A stretch of 64,000 nt of DNA from a virus, in IMG/VR virus record IMGVR_UViG_3300027706_000269, positions 1 to 64,000 of that record. One strand, given 5' to 3'. Positions 1-8,604 of the stretch are shown in pieces. A model generated the notes under the pieces. It ran no database searches. It was not told the DNA's origin and saw only the letters and a list, made by a program, of their open reading frames with translations. The position numbers and the translations under genes were made by a program. How positions within the stretch are numbered: position 1 is the first letter of the stretch; every line of letters starts with the position of its first letter.

Positions 1-474
1 TCAGGGCATCGTGGCCAGCACCCGGATCTGCTCGGCCCAGCCATAGGGCCAAGGGCGGCCCAGCAGTCGCTCGACGGGGAGCTCGGGGGTGGCGGCGAGG
101 CGCTCCACCAACTCGGGGGCCAGCAGGGTCAGCCGCATCAGGCGATGGACCTGCGAGACGTCCATCCCCTCGGCCTTGGCGATCTCGGCCGCCGAGGCAA
201 CCCGTCCCTCGGTGAGCAGCCGCTGCCAGTGGTGCGCCAGCCCAAGCGCGCGCAGCAGCGCGGTGTCCGGGATCTCGGTGCGAGCGGGAGCGGCCCAGCT
301 CGAGTGCGCCTCGATGGCCGTCCGGACCCCAGGGGGTGGGATCACCGCGCGCCGGGTGCCACGCTGGACGAGCCGCCAGGGCACAAAGGTTTCCAGCTTC
401 ACGCCGCCGGCCGGTGCCGGGAGTTTCTGGGTGACCGGCGCCCCCTCGAAGCGTCCGCGGTGCTTGGTGCTCAC
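1..474 (-). CDS. Recombinase-associated small HTH protein 2
   Basis: 157 aa. Motif ETFVP...HWQRLL..G...S...IA.AEG...RLTLLAP. Homologue at 48469-48933; paralogue of the adjacent gene. Confidence 0.8.
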   Translation of the reverse strand: MSTKHRGRFEGAPVTQKLPAPAGGVKLETFVPWRLVQRGTRRAVIPPPGVRTAIEAHSSWAAPARTEIPDTALLRALGLAHHWQRLLTEGRVASAAEIAKAEGMDVSQVHRLMRLTLLAPELVERLAATPELPVERLLGRPWPYGWAEQIRVLATMP

Positions 475-854
475 GCGGCCTCCTCGAAGCGTCGCACGAT
501 CTCGCGCTGCGCCTCCCAGGCCACCGGCAGCGGATTGCGCTGGAACCAGATCAGGCTCATCCGGCGCGGCTGTCGCCCGGCCATCAGCAGCTCAACGATG
601 TCGGGCGCGAGCAGCGTCAGGCGCAGCAGTTCGTTGACCACCGAGTGGTGCAGCCCTTCGGCGCGCGCAATGGCCGAGCCGCTCGGCATGGCGCCGCTGT
701 CCAACAACCGCTGCCAGTGGAAGGCCCTTGCCATCCCTTCGATGAGCGTGCTGTCGTGCGTGTCCCGGTCCTCGGCCTTGTGCTGAACCAGCCGGCGCAC
801 GCCGCGCCGCCGCAGGGTCAGCGGCACAAAGGTTTCGCGAACTCCGTCTTTCAT
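471..854 (-). CDS. Recombinase-associated small HTH protein 1
   Basis: Start MKDGVRETFVP overlaps the recombinase stop. Near-identical homologue at 48930-49313. Confidence 0.8.
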   Translation of the reverse strand: MKDGVRETFVPLTLRRRGVRRLVQHKAEDRDTHDSTLIEGMARAFHWQRLLDSGAMPSGSAIARAEGLHHSVVNELLRLTLLAPDIVELLMAGRQPRRMSLIWFQRNPLPVAWEAQREIVRRFEEAA

Positions 855-2230
855 GCTTCGACCTCCAGCAACTCGGCGCCGATGCTCCTGGGCGCGAACT
901 CGCCAATCAAAGCGTCCCAGCCCAGTTCGCGCCACTTCACCTTGATCCCCTGCATCTCGTCGGTGTGGACGAGGTCGATGCGCTCGATCATGAGGTTGGC
1001 AATGCGGTGCCGCTCGACCGGGAAGAGCTGATCCCACACGTCGTTCAGCCGCCCCATCGCCATCACGACGGCGGCTTCGTCCATGGGCGCGCCCTGGCGC
1101 TGGACCTGGCGCACGACGGCGGCGACGGATTCGGGGCTGGTGAGCACGGTCCGGATCTGGGCCACGACCGCCGCTTCGATCTCGCCGGCGGGCAGGCGCT
1201 CGTAGCTCTTGCCGGGTGCGCCGAACCGGCTCTCAGACTTGGAGACGTAGTACTGGTACTTGCGGCCGTTCTTGCGCGAGTACGTTGGGTACATGCGTTC
1301 GCCCGTCGGCGCGTACAGCAGCCCCCGCAGCAGCGCGTCGTTGCGCGAGCGGATCTTGGTGTCCACCGACCGCGCGTGGCTGTCGCGGGCCAGCACCGCA
1401 TGCACCTGATCCCACAGCTGGCGTTCGATGATCGGCTCGTGCTGCGCCGGGTACCACTGGCCGCGATTTGACAGTTCTCCGAGATAGATGCGGTTGCGCA
1501 GCACCTTGTGGATGTACTTCTTGTCGATGCGCGTGCCGGTACGCACGCGGCCGTCCTGGGTCGTCCATGCCTTGGTCGTGACGCCCTCGGCAGTCAACCG
1601 GGCGGCGATCTGCGTGGGTGATCCGATGGTCAGCATCTCCTCGAACATCCGCCGCACCACCGCCGCCTCGGCTGGGTTGACCACCAGTTGGCGGTTGACC
1701 ACGTCGTAGCCGATGGTGGGCACGCCGCCCATCCACATTCCCTTCTTCTTGGCGGCGGCGATCTTGTCGCGGATACGCTCGCCGGTGACCTCGCGCTCGA
1801 ACTGGGCGAAGGACAGCAGGATGTTCAGCGTCAGCCGCCCCATCGAGGTGGTGGTGTTGAACTGCTGCGTGACCGACACGAAGGACACGCCCTGGCGCTC
1901 GAACACCTCGACCATCTTGGAGAAGTCGGCCAGGCTGCGCGTGAGGCGGTCGATCTTGTAGACCACCACGATGTCGACCAACCCGCGCTCGATGTCGGCC
2001 AGCAGACGCTTGAGGGCCGGCCGCTCGGTGTTGCCGCCGGAGTAGCCGGGGTCGTCGTAGTCGTCGACGACCGGAATCCACCCCTCGGCGCGTTGGCTGG
2101 CGATGAAGGCATGGCCCGCCTCCTTCTGCGCGTCGATGGAGTTGAACTCCTGGTCGAGTCGTTCATCCGACGACACCCGGCAGTAGACCGCGCAGCGCTT
2201 GCGCGGCTTCGAGGATGCGATTTCCGCCAT
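851..2230 (-). CDS. Large serine recombinase (integrase)
   Basis: CAVYCRVSS catalytic motif, SGGNTERPAL, KIDRLTRS, SFAQFERE and a recombinase domain (LRNRIYLG..HEPII). Start is coupled to the DUF2924 stop. Confidence 0.95.
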   Translation of the reverse strand: MAEIASSKPRKRCAVYCRVSSDERLDQEFNSIDAQKEAGHAFIASQRAEGWIPVVDDYDDPGYSGGNTERPALKRLLADIERGLVDIVVVYKIDRLTRSLADFSKMVEVFERQGVSFVSVTQQFNTTTSMGRLTLNILLSFAQFEREVTGERIRDKIAAAKKKGMWMGGVPTIGYDVVNRQLVVNPAEAAVVRRMFEEMLTIGSPTQIAARLTAEGVTTKAWTTQDGRVRTGTRIDKKYIHKVLRNRIYLGELSNRGQWYPAQHEPIIERQLWDQVHAVLARDSHARSVDTKIRSRNDALLRGLLYAPTGERMYPTYSRKNGRKYQYYVSKSESRFGAPGKSYERLPAGEIEAAVVAQIRTVLTSPESVAAVVRQVQRQGAPMDEAAVVMAMGRLNDVWDQLFPVERHRIANLMIERIDLVHTDEMQGIKVKWRELGWDALIGEFAPRSIGAELLEVEA

Positions 2231-2685
2231 CAGACACCTCCCTTCAGGCCGAAGAACAGCGGGCCGCTCCAATGCTGGCCGGTGATGTGCCGCGCCACGG
2301 CGGTCAGGCTCTTGAAGCGGCGGCCTTCGTATTCGAAGTGACCGTCGGCGTCGACCGTCACCCGATGCTCGCGCTCGCCCCATTCGCGCAGCAGCACAGT
2401 GCCGGGGGCGAAGTCGAACTTGCGCGCGCGGGCACGCAGTTTGATCTTGGAGTGCTTGGCGCCGATGGCCTCCAGGCGCTGGCGGGTTTGGGGGGGCAGG
2501 CCGCCGAAGGCTTCCTCCTGCAGCTTGTAGGCAAGGCGCGATTCAACAAAGGTGCGGTTCGGAAACTCCGGTCGGCGCTCGAAGTAGCGATCCCAGAGCG
2601 TCCAGAGCTCGGCCATCGGCAGGTGGCCCAGTTCGGCAATCCGTGCGGCGACGCTGGCGTGCTTGTCGTTCATGTCGTTCATCAC
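2230..2685 (-). CDS. DUF2924 family protein
   Basis: LAYKLQEEAFGGL...PGTVLLREW...SLTAVARHITGQHWSGPLFFGL, in its typical position upstream of the recombinase. Confidence 0.88.
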   Translation of the reverse strand: MMNDMNDKHASVAARIAELGHLPMAELWTLWDRYFERRPEFPNRTFVESRLAYKLQEEAFGGLPPQTRQRLEAIGAKHSKIKLRARARKFDFAPGTVLLREWGEREHRVTVDADGHFEYEGRRFKSLTAVARHITGQHWSGPLFFGLKGGV

Positions 2686-2873
2686 AACGGCTCCTGTAGA
2701 GAGGGGGTTGTATGAACGCGCTGGTGGGGCAGGAAGCCAAGCTCGATGTCGCGCTGGTTTGGCTTCGGTGCGACACGCGTACGGACAATAGCGCTTGCGA
2801 GGATGGCAGTGATCTCACCCGCACGCGCGGCGGGGCTCATGTCTGCGGGAGAAGGCAGTTCGAGGTGGTTCAT
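2682..2873 (-). CDS. Small hypothetical protein (63 aa) heading the recombinase operon
   Basis: Same length and similar sequence at 51132-51323. GGAG upstream. Contains the repeated 31-bp motif. Confidence 0.6.
   Translation of the reverse strand: MNHLELPSPADMSPAARAGEITAILASAIVRTRVAPKPNQRDIELGFLPHQRVHTTPSLQEPL
2712..2742 (-). promoter_or_regulatory. 31-bp repeated promoter/operator motif, copy 1
   Basis: ATGAACGCGCTGGTGGGGCAGGAAGCCAAGC, 26 bp upstream of the DUF2924 start. Confidence 0.7.
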
Positions 2874-2958
2874 GACGGCTCCAGGGAATCGAAACCGTCA
2901 GTGATGGTCCGCGAGGCCGTCCGAAACGGATGGCAACGCATAGCAATGCGTCTCTATC

Positions 2959-2987
2959 TTGCAAATCTTGTTTCGCAAGAATACAAT
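2959..2987 (+). promoter_or_regulatory. Sigma70-type promoter with an operator in the spacer
   Basis: TTGCAA-17 bp-TACAAT, with the inverted repeat TCTTG-N5-CAAGA at 2966-2980. Confidence 0.72.
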
Positions 2988-3012
2988 GCGGTTCTTTCCT
3001 CAGAGGACTGCC

Positions 3013-4131
3013 ATGCTCGACCGTCTTTCCCCTCGCTTGGTGGGCTATCGCGTGAAAGCTGCACGCGAGGGCAAGGGCTGGACGCAAGAACAGTTGACTG
3101 CCGCGATGGGCATCAACGATCGGCAGACGCTGTCGGACATCGAGAAGGGCAAGCGGCTGGTGAAGCCAGATGAGTTGGTCCTGCTGTCCGACGTGCTCGA
3201 CCGCGACGTCGAGTTCTTTCTGGACCCGTTCGCTGTCACCGGCGAGGCTCAGTTCAACTGGCGCGCAGCTCCCGAGATCGACGAGGCGAGCCTGGACGCG
3301 TTCGAGCTAAAGGCGGGCCAGTGGATTGGCCTCCTGCGATGGCTGAGGGCGTCAGAGAACCAGCAAGGCCCGCTCAAGCACAGCCTGAGGCTCACCGCGC
3401 AGTCCTCGTTCGAGGATGCCCAGGCGCGGGCCGAAAGCCTCGTACAGGCGCTGGAGTTGGGTGATGTGCCCGCCGAGCGCCTGATTGAGCGCGTGGAGCG
3501 CGGTCTCGACATTCCGGTGCTGTTCGTGGATACCGTCCAAACCGAGGAAGGCGAGTCGATTTCAGGCGCGACCTGCCACTTGCAGGATCTGGGCGTCATC
3601 CTTATCAACCGTCACGAGCCCGAATCGCGGCGCTTCTACGACCTCGCGCATGAGCTGTTCCATGCGCTGACTTGGGACGCGATGCAGCCCGACCACCGGG
3701 AATCGAATTCGGTTGAGGACCGCTCCCGGGGCAAGCGCATCGAGCAACTGGCCAACAACTTCGCGGCTGCGCTGCTCATGCCGACGGCATCGCTGGACCG
3801 TCTGATTGACCGACGCCGCATCGACGACGCAGCCCACCTAGCGGAGATTGCAGCCCAGCTGCGCGTGGCGCCGGCAGCGCTGGCGTGGCGGCTGTTCAAC
3901 CTGCGATGGATCACGGAGCCGACGCGCCAGGCGCTCCTGTCTGAGCGGCAGCGGCTCTCGCGATCTGCAATTCCGAAGCGTTTCTCGCCTGTGTTCGTTG
4001 CGATGCTGCATCGGGCGATCGACCATGGGAGGCTGTCGGCGCGTAAGGCAGCTAAGGCGATGGGCATGAGCCTCACGCAGCTGGTCGACCTGTTTGCTGA
4101 GCATTCCTTGGCTGCACCCTATGAGCTTTGA
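3013..4131 (+). CDS. XRE-HTH fused to an ImmA/IrrE-type Zn metallopeptidase
   Basis: N-terminal HTH (WTQEQL...QTLSDIEKGKR), LAHELFHAL (HExxH) and EQLANNFAAALLMP. GAGGA RBS. Confidence 0.92.
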   Translation: MLDRLSPRLVGYRVKAAREGKGWTQEQLTAAMGINDRQTLSDIEKGKRLVKPDELVLLSDVLDRDVEFFLDPFAVTGEAQFNWRAAPEIDEASLDAFELKAGQWIGLLRWLRASENQQGPLKHSLRLTAQSSFEDAQARAESLVQALELGDVPAERLIERVERGLDIPVLFVDTVQTEEGESISGATCHLQDLGVILINRHEPESRRFYDLAHELFHALTWDAMQPDHRESNSVEDRSRGKRIEQLANNFAAALLMPTASLDRLIDRRRIDDAAHLAEIAAQLRVAPAALAWRLFNLRWITEPTRQALLSERQRLSRSAIPKRFSPVFVAMLHRAIDHGRLSARKAAKAMGMSLTQLVDLFAEHSLAAPYEL

Positions 4132-4143
4132 GGTGCGCCCGGA

Positions 4144-4686
4144 ATGCAGCAGGTCGTCGCTCCTCACGCCCGGGTCCGCGTTTTCGTCGACACCAATGTC
4201 ATCCTCGAAGCCTTCCGCGTTGGGTGCTGGTCATCACTGGCAACTACCTTTTCGATTGAAACCGTCGAGAAGTGCGTCGAGGAAGCCCTGACAGGGGACC
4301 CGACTGATCCGCGCCACGTAGCTGTCGATCGCGACGTTCTGGTCGCAGGTTTGTCGGCGCGCCACCCGGTCGACAAACGCACCATCGCCAGGTTCGGGCT
4401 TGCCCATCCGGCCAGCGCTGGACTCGACGCCGGGGAGCTTCACTTGCTGGCCTGGCTCCATGACCAAGGATTGATGGGGACAGTCAAGCTGCTGCTATCG
4501 ACGGCGGACAAGGCGGCGATCGTCGCCGCCGGTCGTCTCGACTGGCTCGATCTGGTGACGTCTCTGGAGCAATTGGCCCAGCAAGCCGGCGTCGGCCGAG
4601 TTCAGATCGACCAAATGGCTCGCCACTACCGCCAGCGGTGGCTCGATGAGATCAAGGTGAAGGTCCGTCTCGGGATCATCCCCTGA
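4144..4686 (+). CDS. PIN-domain protein
   Basis: VFVDTNVIL, LDAGE and STADKAA give the acidic PIN signature. Confidence 0.8.
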   Translation: MQQVVAPHARVRVFVDTNVILEAFRVGCWSSLATTFSIETVEKCVEEALTGDPTDPRHVAVDRDVLVAGLSARHPVDKRTIARFGLAHPASAGLDAGELHLLAWLHDQGLMGTVKLLLSTADKAAIVAAGRLDWLDLVTSLEQLAQQAGVGRVQIDQMARHYRQRWLDEIKVKVRLGIIP

Positions 4687-4714
4687 CAGGAAGGTTGAGC
4701 AACAAGAACGAACA

Positions 4715-6928
4715 ATGACCCAGGCGAAGAAGAACACTGCCTCGTTCCATCGGTTTGTTGAAACCGCATCCCTTGGTGCCATTCGGACGCTTTGCGACAG
4801 CGTCAGCGACCTGGCAGGTCAGCTGTGGGTTACGTCCGCGCTCGCGCAACTGACGCCTGAGGCCGATGCCCAGACGTGTGCCCAGGCTCGACGGGCGCTG
4901 TCCGACGGCTGCCGACATCTGACCACGGAATCCCTGTCGAGGCTTGAAGGCGATGCGCGACGGGTGATCGCATTGGCCGAAGGCAAAGGTCCCGCGGCAA
5001 TCAAAGTCGTCGAGCGCGACATCTACAAATTCGATGATCCGGAAGGCGGACTACGTGCCGGCTTTGATGCACAGACCGACGACCTTGGGAGATCGGTGTT
5101 CCTGCTGATTCGGGTGCCCCAGCTGTTCGAGGAGGCCGAGCGATTCCACTTCGCCGAGCACTATCGGAATTTCGGTCGCCTCTATGAAGCCTTCGAGGTC
5201 GACTGCGACCAACTGGCGCAATTCGAGTGGAACGAAGCCGCCAAGGCCGCGTTCGAGACCAAGATCAAGGAGCAGCTGCAGATCTCCGGTCCTTGCCTCA
5301 TTCAGCACTTCGAGGTCTCCCAGTCTGATGACGGTGCAGGTTCGCCTTCACTGCACATGTTCTTGATCCGGCATGCCGGAATGACCAGCAGCGTCCAGGA
5401 CACCTTGCCCGATCTCTCTCTACAGCCCATCCACTACAAGCCTCCGGTCGAAGCAACACTGCTATTCGAACCTGCCCAGAAGCGGATCGAGGTGTTCGCC
5501 GAGCAGGCAGCCGAGCGTCCGCTGATCGCCGCTGCGTTCGCGGAAGTCGCGACGGGATCAGATCTTTCAGGTAGGCCGATGTCGCTTCGCCAGTACAACC
5601 TGGAGCGCTTCTATCGGTCGCTTCATCTGTCGCAAGCCGAGGTGGAACATCTTGGTGTTTTGGACGTGCGAGTGGTCGAGGCCGAAGCGCGGCCGCAGAA
5701 CCTCAAGCGCCGTGTGGTGGTAAAGGTCGACAAGGACGACGACATCGATACCGCAGCGCGCGCCATGCTCGGCGACAACAACATCTTCAGCCGGGCAACG
5801 TTGATCAGCCGGGTCGTGATCAACCTGCGGTTCGAACGTAACGGTAAGGAGGTGAACCTGCCGATCACGCTGAGCGCGCCTAATCGTTGCAACCTAGCAA
5901 GCCGTCAGGACCCGCGCGACCGCGAGTTGGGCTATGCGGTCCTTGAGGCCTACGGCATCGTCAGATCGGTCGCGCCACTCGATGCCGCGAGCGAGGCCGG
6001 GCAGTTCAGCGCGATGCTGCGGTTGTATGAGTCGGATTGTGCGGAAGTCTCCCGCGCTGAACTGCACAACTGGGGCGCGGACGTTTCCGTGCTGCGGTCG
6101 GCGGGCTTCCTGGTTCCGAAGGCGCGGGCATCATTTGTGACCCGAGTTCGCGACGATGGGACGGTACTCCAGGCGCCAGTGCGTTCGATTGAAGGGCGGC
6201 TGGTCTTTGACGACCCGCAGACCGGACTCCTGGTTGCGGTTGATCCCAGCGAGCTGGAGCGATTCGAGGTCAAACGGGACTGGCTCACCGAGCGTGTCAT
6301 CAAGGGGTTGCGCGGGGCGATGCGCATGGGGCGCACGCCGCGGTCAACCGGTCCCGTCGTGAAGCTCGGTACGCTGGTCGACGGAAACGACGATGTTCCG
6401 GTGCACCTGGCTCGCTGCCTTGACCGAATGGATGTCATTGCCTCTGTAGACAGCAGTCTGCGCGGCGACGGTCAGTCGGGCTGGGGTGTGGTTCTGACAG
6501 CCACGGAGGTTTGTCCTGAGTTCCTCGGGGCGAACGTCATCGTGCAGTTGGCTGACGTCCTGATGGCGGACGAAGCTGGAATCACTGTCGACCAGACACG
6601 GCTGATGCAGATCCTGCGCGATGGTCGCCAGCGAGCCATCGCCGCAGCCGTTCCTGATCTGCGCATCACCTGCGATATCGCGGGCAAGGAAACGGCCACG
6701 CTCATCATCCCTGGCAAGCTGCCGTTCTCTCTCGTCGGGGGCAAACAAGTTCTGGTGGTCGAGCGCTTGATGCAAGCGCATCGCGCAGGCAATCCGGTTG
6801 TCACCGGTGGCGCGCTGTTCGAAGGCATGAGCAGCAAGTCTCCTGCCCAGCTCTTTACTGGCGATACCTGGAAGCAGTACATCGGGCATCCACCCGACAA
6901 GTCCCGGGGGTGGATGCTGCTGCTCTGA
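4715..6928 (+). CDS. Uncharacterised 737-aa protein with a probable C-terminal winged helix
   Basis: Long ORF with collinear motif matches to 51428-53683 along its length. Confidence 0.85.
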   Translation: MTQAKKNTASFHRFVETASLGAIRTLCDSVSDLAGQLWVTSALAQLTPEADAQTCAQARRALSDGCRHLTTESLSRLEGDARRVIALAEGKGPAAIKVVERDIYKFDDPEGGLRAGFDAQTDDLGRSVFLLIRVPQLFEEAERFHFAEHYRNFGRLYEAFEVDCDQLAQFEWNEAAKAAFETKIKEQLQISGPCLIQHFEVSQSDDGAGSPSLHMFLIRHAGMTSSVQDTLPDLSLQPIHYKPPVEATLLFEPAQKRIEVFAEQAAERPLIAAAFAEVATGSDLSGRPMSLRQYNLERFYRSLHLSQAEVEHLGVLDVRVVEAEARPQNLKRRVVVKVDKDDDIDTAARAMLGDNNIFSRATLISRVVINLRFERNGKEVNLPITLSAPNRCNLASRQDPRDRELGYAVLEAYGIVRSVAPLDAASEAGQFSAMLRLYESDCAEVSRAELHNWGADVSVLRSAGFLVPKARASFVTRVRDDGTVLQAPVRSIEGRLVFDDPQTGLLVAVDPSELERFEVKRDWLTERVIKGLRGAMRMGRTPRSTGPVVKLGTLVDGNDDVPVHLARCLDRMDVIASVDSSLRGDGQSGWGVVLTATEVCPEFLGANVIVQLADVLMADEAGITVDQTRLMQILRDGRQRAIAAAVPDLRITCDIAGKETATLIIPGKLPFSLVGGKQVLVVERLMQAHRAGNPVVTGGALFEGMSSKSPAQLFTGDTWKQYIGHPPDKSRGWMLLL

Positions 6929-6957
6929 TCGCTACCTCTAGAGGAGTCAACGCCGTG

Positions 6958-6990
6958 CGGGCTGCCCTTGGGCAGCCCGTTCTGCTTCTG
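6958..6990 (+). terminator. Probable intrinsic terminator of the immunity-region operon
   Basis: CGGGCTGCCC-TT-GGGCAGCCCG followed by a T-rich tail. Confidence 0.65.
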
Positions 6991-6996
6991 GCATCC

Positions 6997-7036
6997 ACCT
7001 ACATTCGACCTACAAAACATCAGCGGACGACCTACA
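6997..7036 (+). repeat. Three phased ACCTACA direct repeats at the early promoter
   Basis: Copies start at 6997, 7008 and 7030 (periods of 11 and 22 bp). Confidence 0.8.
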
Positions 7037-7087
7037 GACCGATTCGAAGAATGAGACGTGCCCTTTCACTACACAGGAGCACATCTC

Positions 7088-7354
7088 GTGAATACCCGAG
7101 TCCCTTCTGTTCAGACGCGCAGCCAATCTGCACGCTGGACGCAATCTGCAGGCGAAGTCCGCCTTGCCCTCAACGAGCATGAGCTGGCGGCCCGCTGGGG
7201 CCTGTCGGTCAAGACCCTGCGCCGCTGGCGTCAAGAGCAGCTCGGCCCGGTCTTCTGCAAGCTGGGCGCCCGCGTCACCTACCTGATCTCCGAAGTCGAA
7301 GCTTTCGAACGGCGCGTCTCGCGCTACTCGACCTTTGCTCGGGCGTACCAGTGA
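7088..7354 (+). CDS. AlpA/excisionase-like HTH protein
   Basis: LNEHELAARWGLSVKTLRRWR...GPVFCKLGARVTY. AGGAG RBS, GTG start. Homologue at 54974. Confidence 0.85.
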   Translation: MNTRVPSVQTRSQSARWTQSAGEVRLALNEHELAARWGLSVKTLRRWRQEQLGPVFCKLGARVTYLISEVEAFERRVSRYSTFARAYQ

Positions 7355-7365
7355 GGGAGACGGCC

Positions 7366-7845
7366 ATGAGTGACCTGACCGTATTCCCCGCCGACATTGC
7401 CGCGATGTCGGTCGGCCAATTGGCCGCGCTTCCGCCTGACCAGAAGGCCGAGATCTCCCGCAACCTCGACGAAGCCCTTGATTGGCTCAAGAAGGCGCGC
7501 GCCAAGTTCGACGTGGCGCTGGATGCGGCCTATGGCGAACAGGTCCGCGCCGCGCGCTTCGAGGCCGGCAAGGACTTCGGCGTCATCCATCTCCAGGACG
7601 GCCCGCTGCGCGTCACGGTCGACACCCCGAAGCGCGTGTCCTGGGACCAGGCGCAGCTCGCTGCCACCGCTCGGCGCATCGCCGAGGCCGGCGAGAAGGT
7701 CGAGGACTACCTGGACGTCGAGTTCAGCGTCTCCGAGTCGCGCTTCAACAACTGGCCCGCGGCTCTGCGCTCGCAGTTCGAGGCCGCGCGCACGGTCAAG
7801 CCTGGCAAACCCACGTTTCGGCTGACCTTGACCTCGGAGGACTGA
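7366..7845 (+). CDS. Conserved phage early protein (159 aa)
   Basis: Highly similar to 55248-55727; same operon position. Confidence 0.8.
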   Translation: MSDLTVFPADIAAMSVGQLAALPPDQKAEISRNLDEALDWLKKARAKFDVALDAAYGEQVRAARFEAGKDFGVIHLQDGPLRVTVDTPKRVSWDQAQLAATARRIAEAGEKVEDYLDVEFSVSESRFNNWPAALRSQFEAARTVKPGKPTFRLTLTSED

Positions 7846-7848
7846 TCC

Positions 7849-8604
7849 ATGAACAACGAACTGATTCCGTTCGATTTCGAGGGCCGGCCGGTCCGTGTTG
7901 TCACCGACGCACAAGTCGAGCCGTGGTTCGTCGCGGCGGATGTCGCCCAGTCGCTCGACTACCGCATGGCCAGCGACATGACCCGCTCGCTCGATGACGA
8001 CGAGAAGGGTACGCAGATTGTGCGTACCCCCTCGGGCGATCAGGAGATGCTGGTCATCAACGAATCCGGCTTGTACTCGGCGATCCTCAAGAGCCGCAAG
8101 CCCGAGGCCAAGCGTTTCAAGCGCTGGGTGACCCGCGAGGTGCTGCCGGCCATCCGCAAGACGGGTCGCTACGCGCTGTCTGGAACACCGGCACTGCCTG
8201 CCCCGACCCAAGACCGTGTGAGCTCGATTCTGCTGATCGGCGAGGCCGTCGCCAAGGTTCCCGGGGTGAAGCCCGGCATCGCGATGGCGGCCACGCTCAC
8301 ATGCATCCACGAGAACACGGGCTTGGCGGTCGAGACCCTGCGACGCGCGCTGCCGGCCGCGAACGAGGCGATTTGCTCGCTCAACGCCACCCAGCTCGGC
8401 AAGCTGCTCGGCCTGTCTGCCAAGGCCACCAACCAGCGTCTGGCCCAGCACGGCCTGCAGTTCCGCAACGAACGCGACGAGTGGGAGCTGACCGAGGCCG
8501 GCGAGGCTTGGGCCGAAGCGATGCCGTACTCGCGCAACGGGCACAGCGGCTATCAGATTCTCTGGAACCCCGCCGTCGCCGAGCAGCTGAAGGAGGTGGC
8601 GTGA
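7849..8604 (+). CDS. Bro-N domain antirepressor-like protein
   Basis: FDFEGRPVRV, PWFVAADV, INESGLY and AKRFKRWVTREVLPAIRKTG. Confidence 0.9.
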   Translation: MNNELIPFDFEGRPVRVVTDAQVEPWFVAADVAQSLDYRMASDMTRSLDDDEKGTQIVRTPSGDQEMLVINESGLYSAILKSRKPEAKRFKRWVTREVLPAIRKTGRYALSGTPALPAPTQDRVSSILLIGEAVAKVPGVKPGIAMAATLTCIHENTGLAVETLRRALPAANEAICSLNATQLGKLLGLSAKATNQRLAQHGLQFRNERDEWELTEAGEAWAEAMPYSRNGHSGYQILWNPAVAEQLKEVA

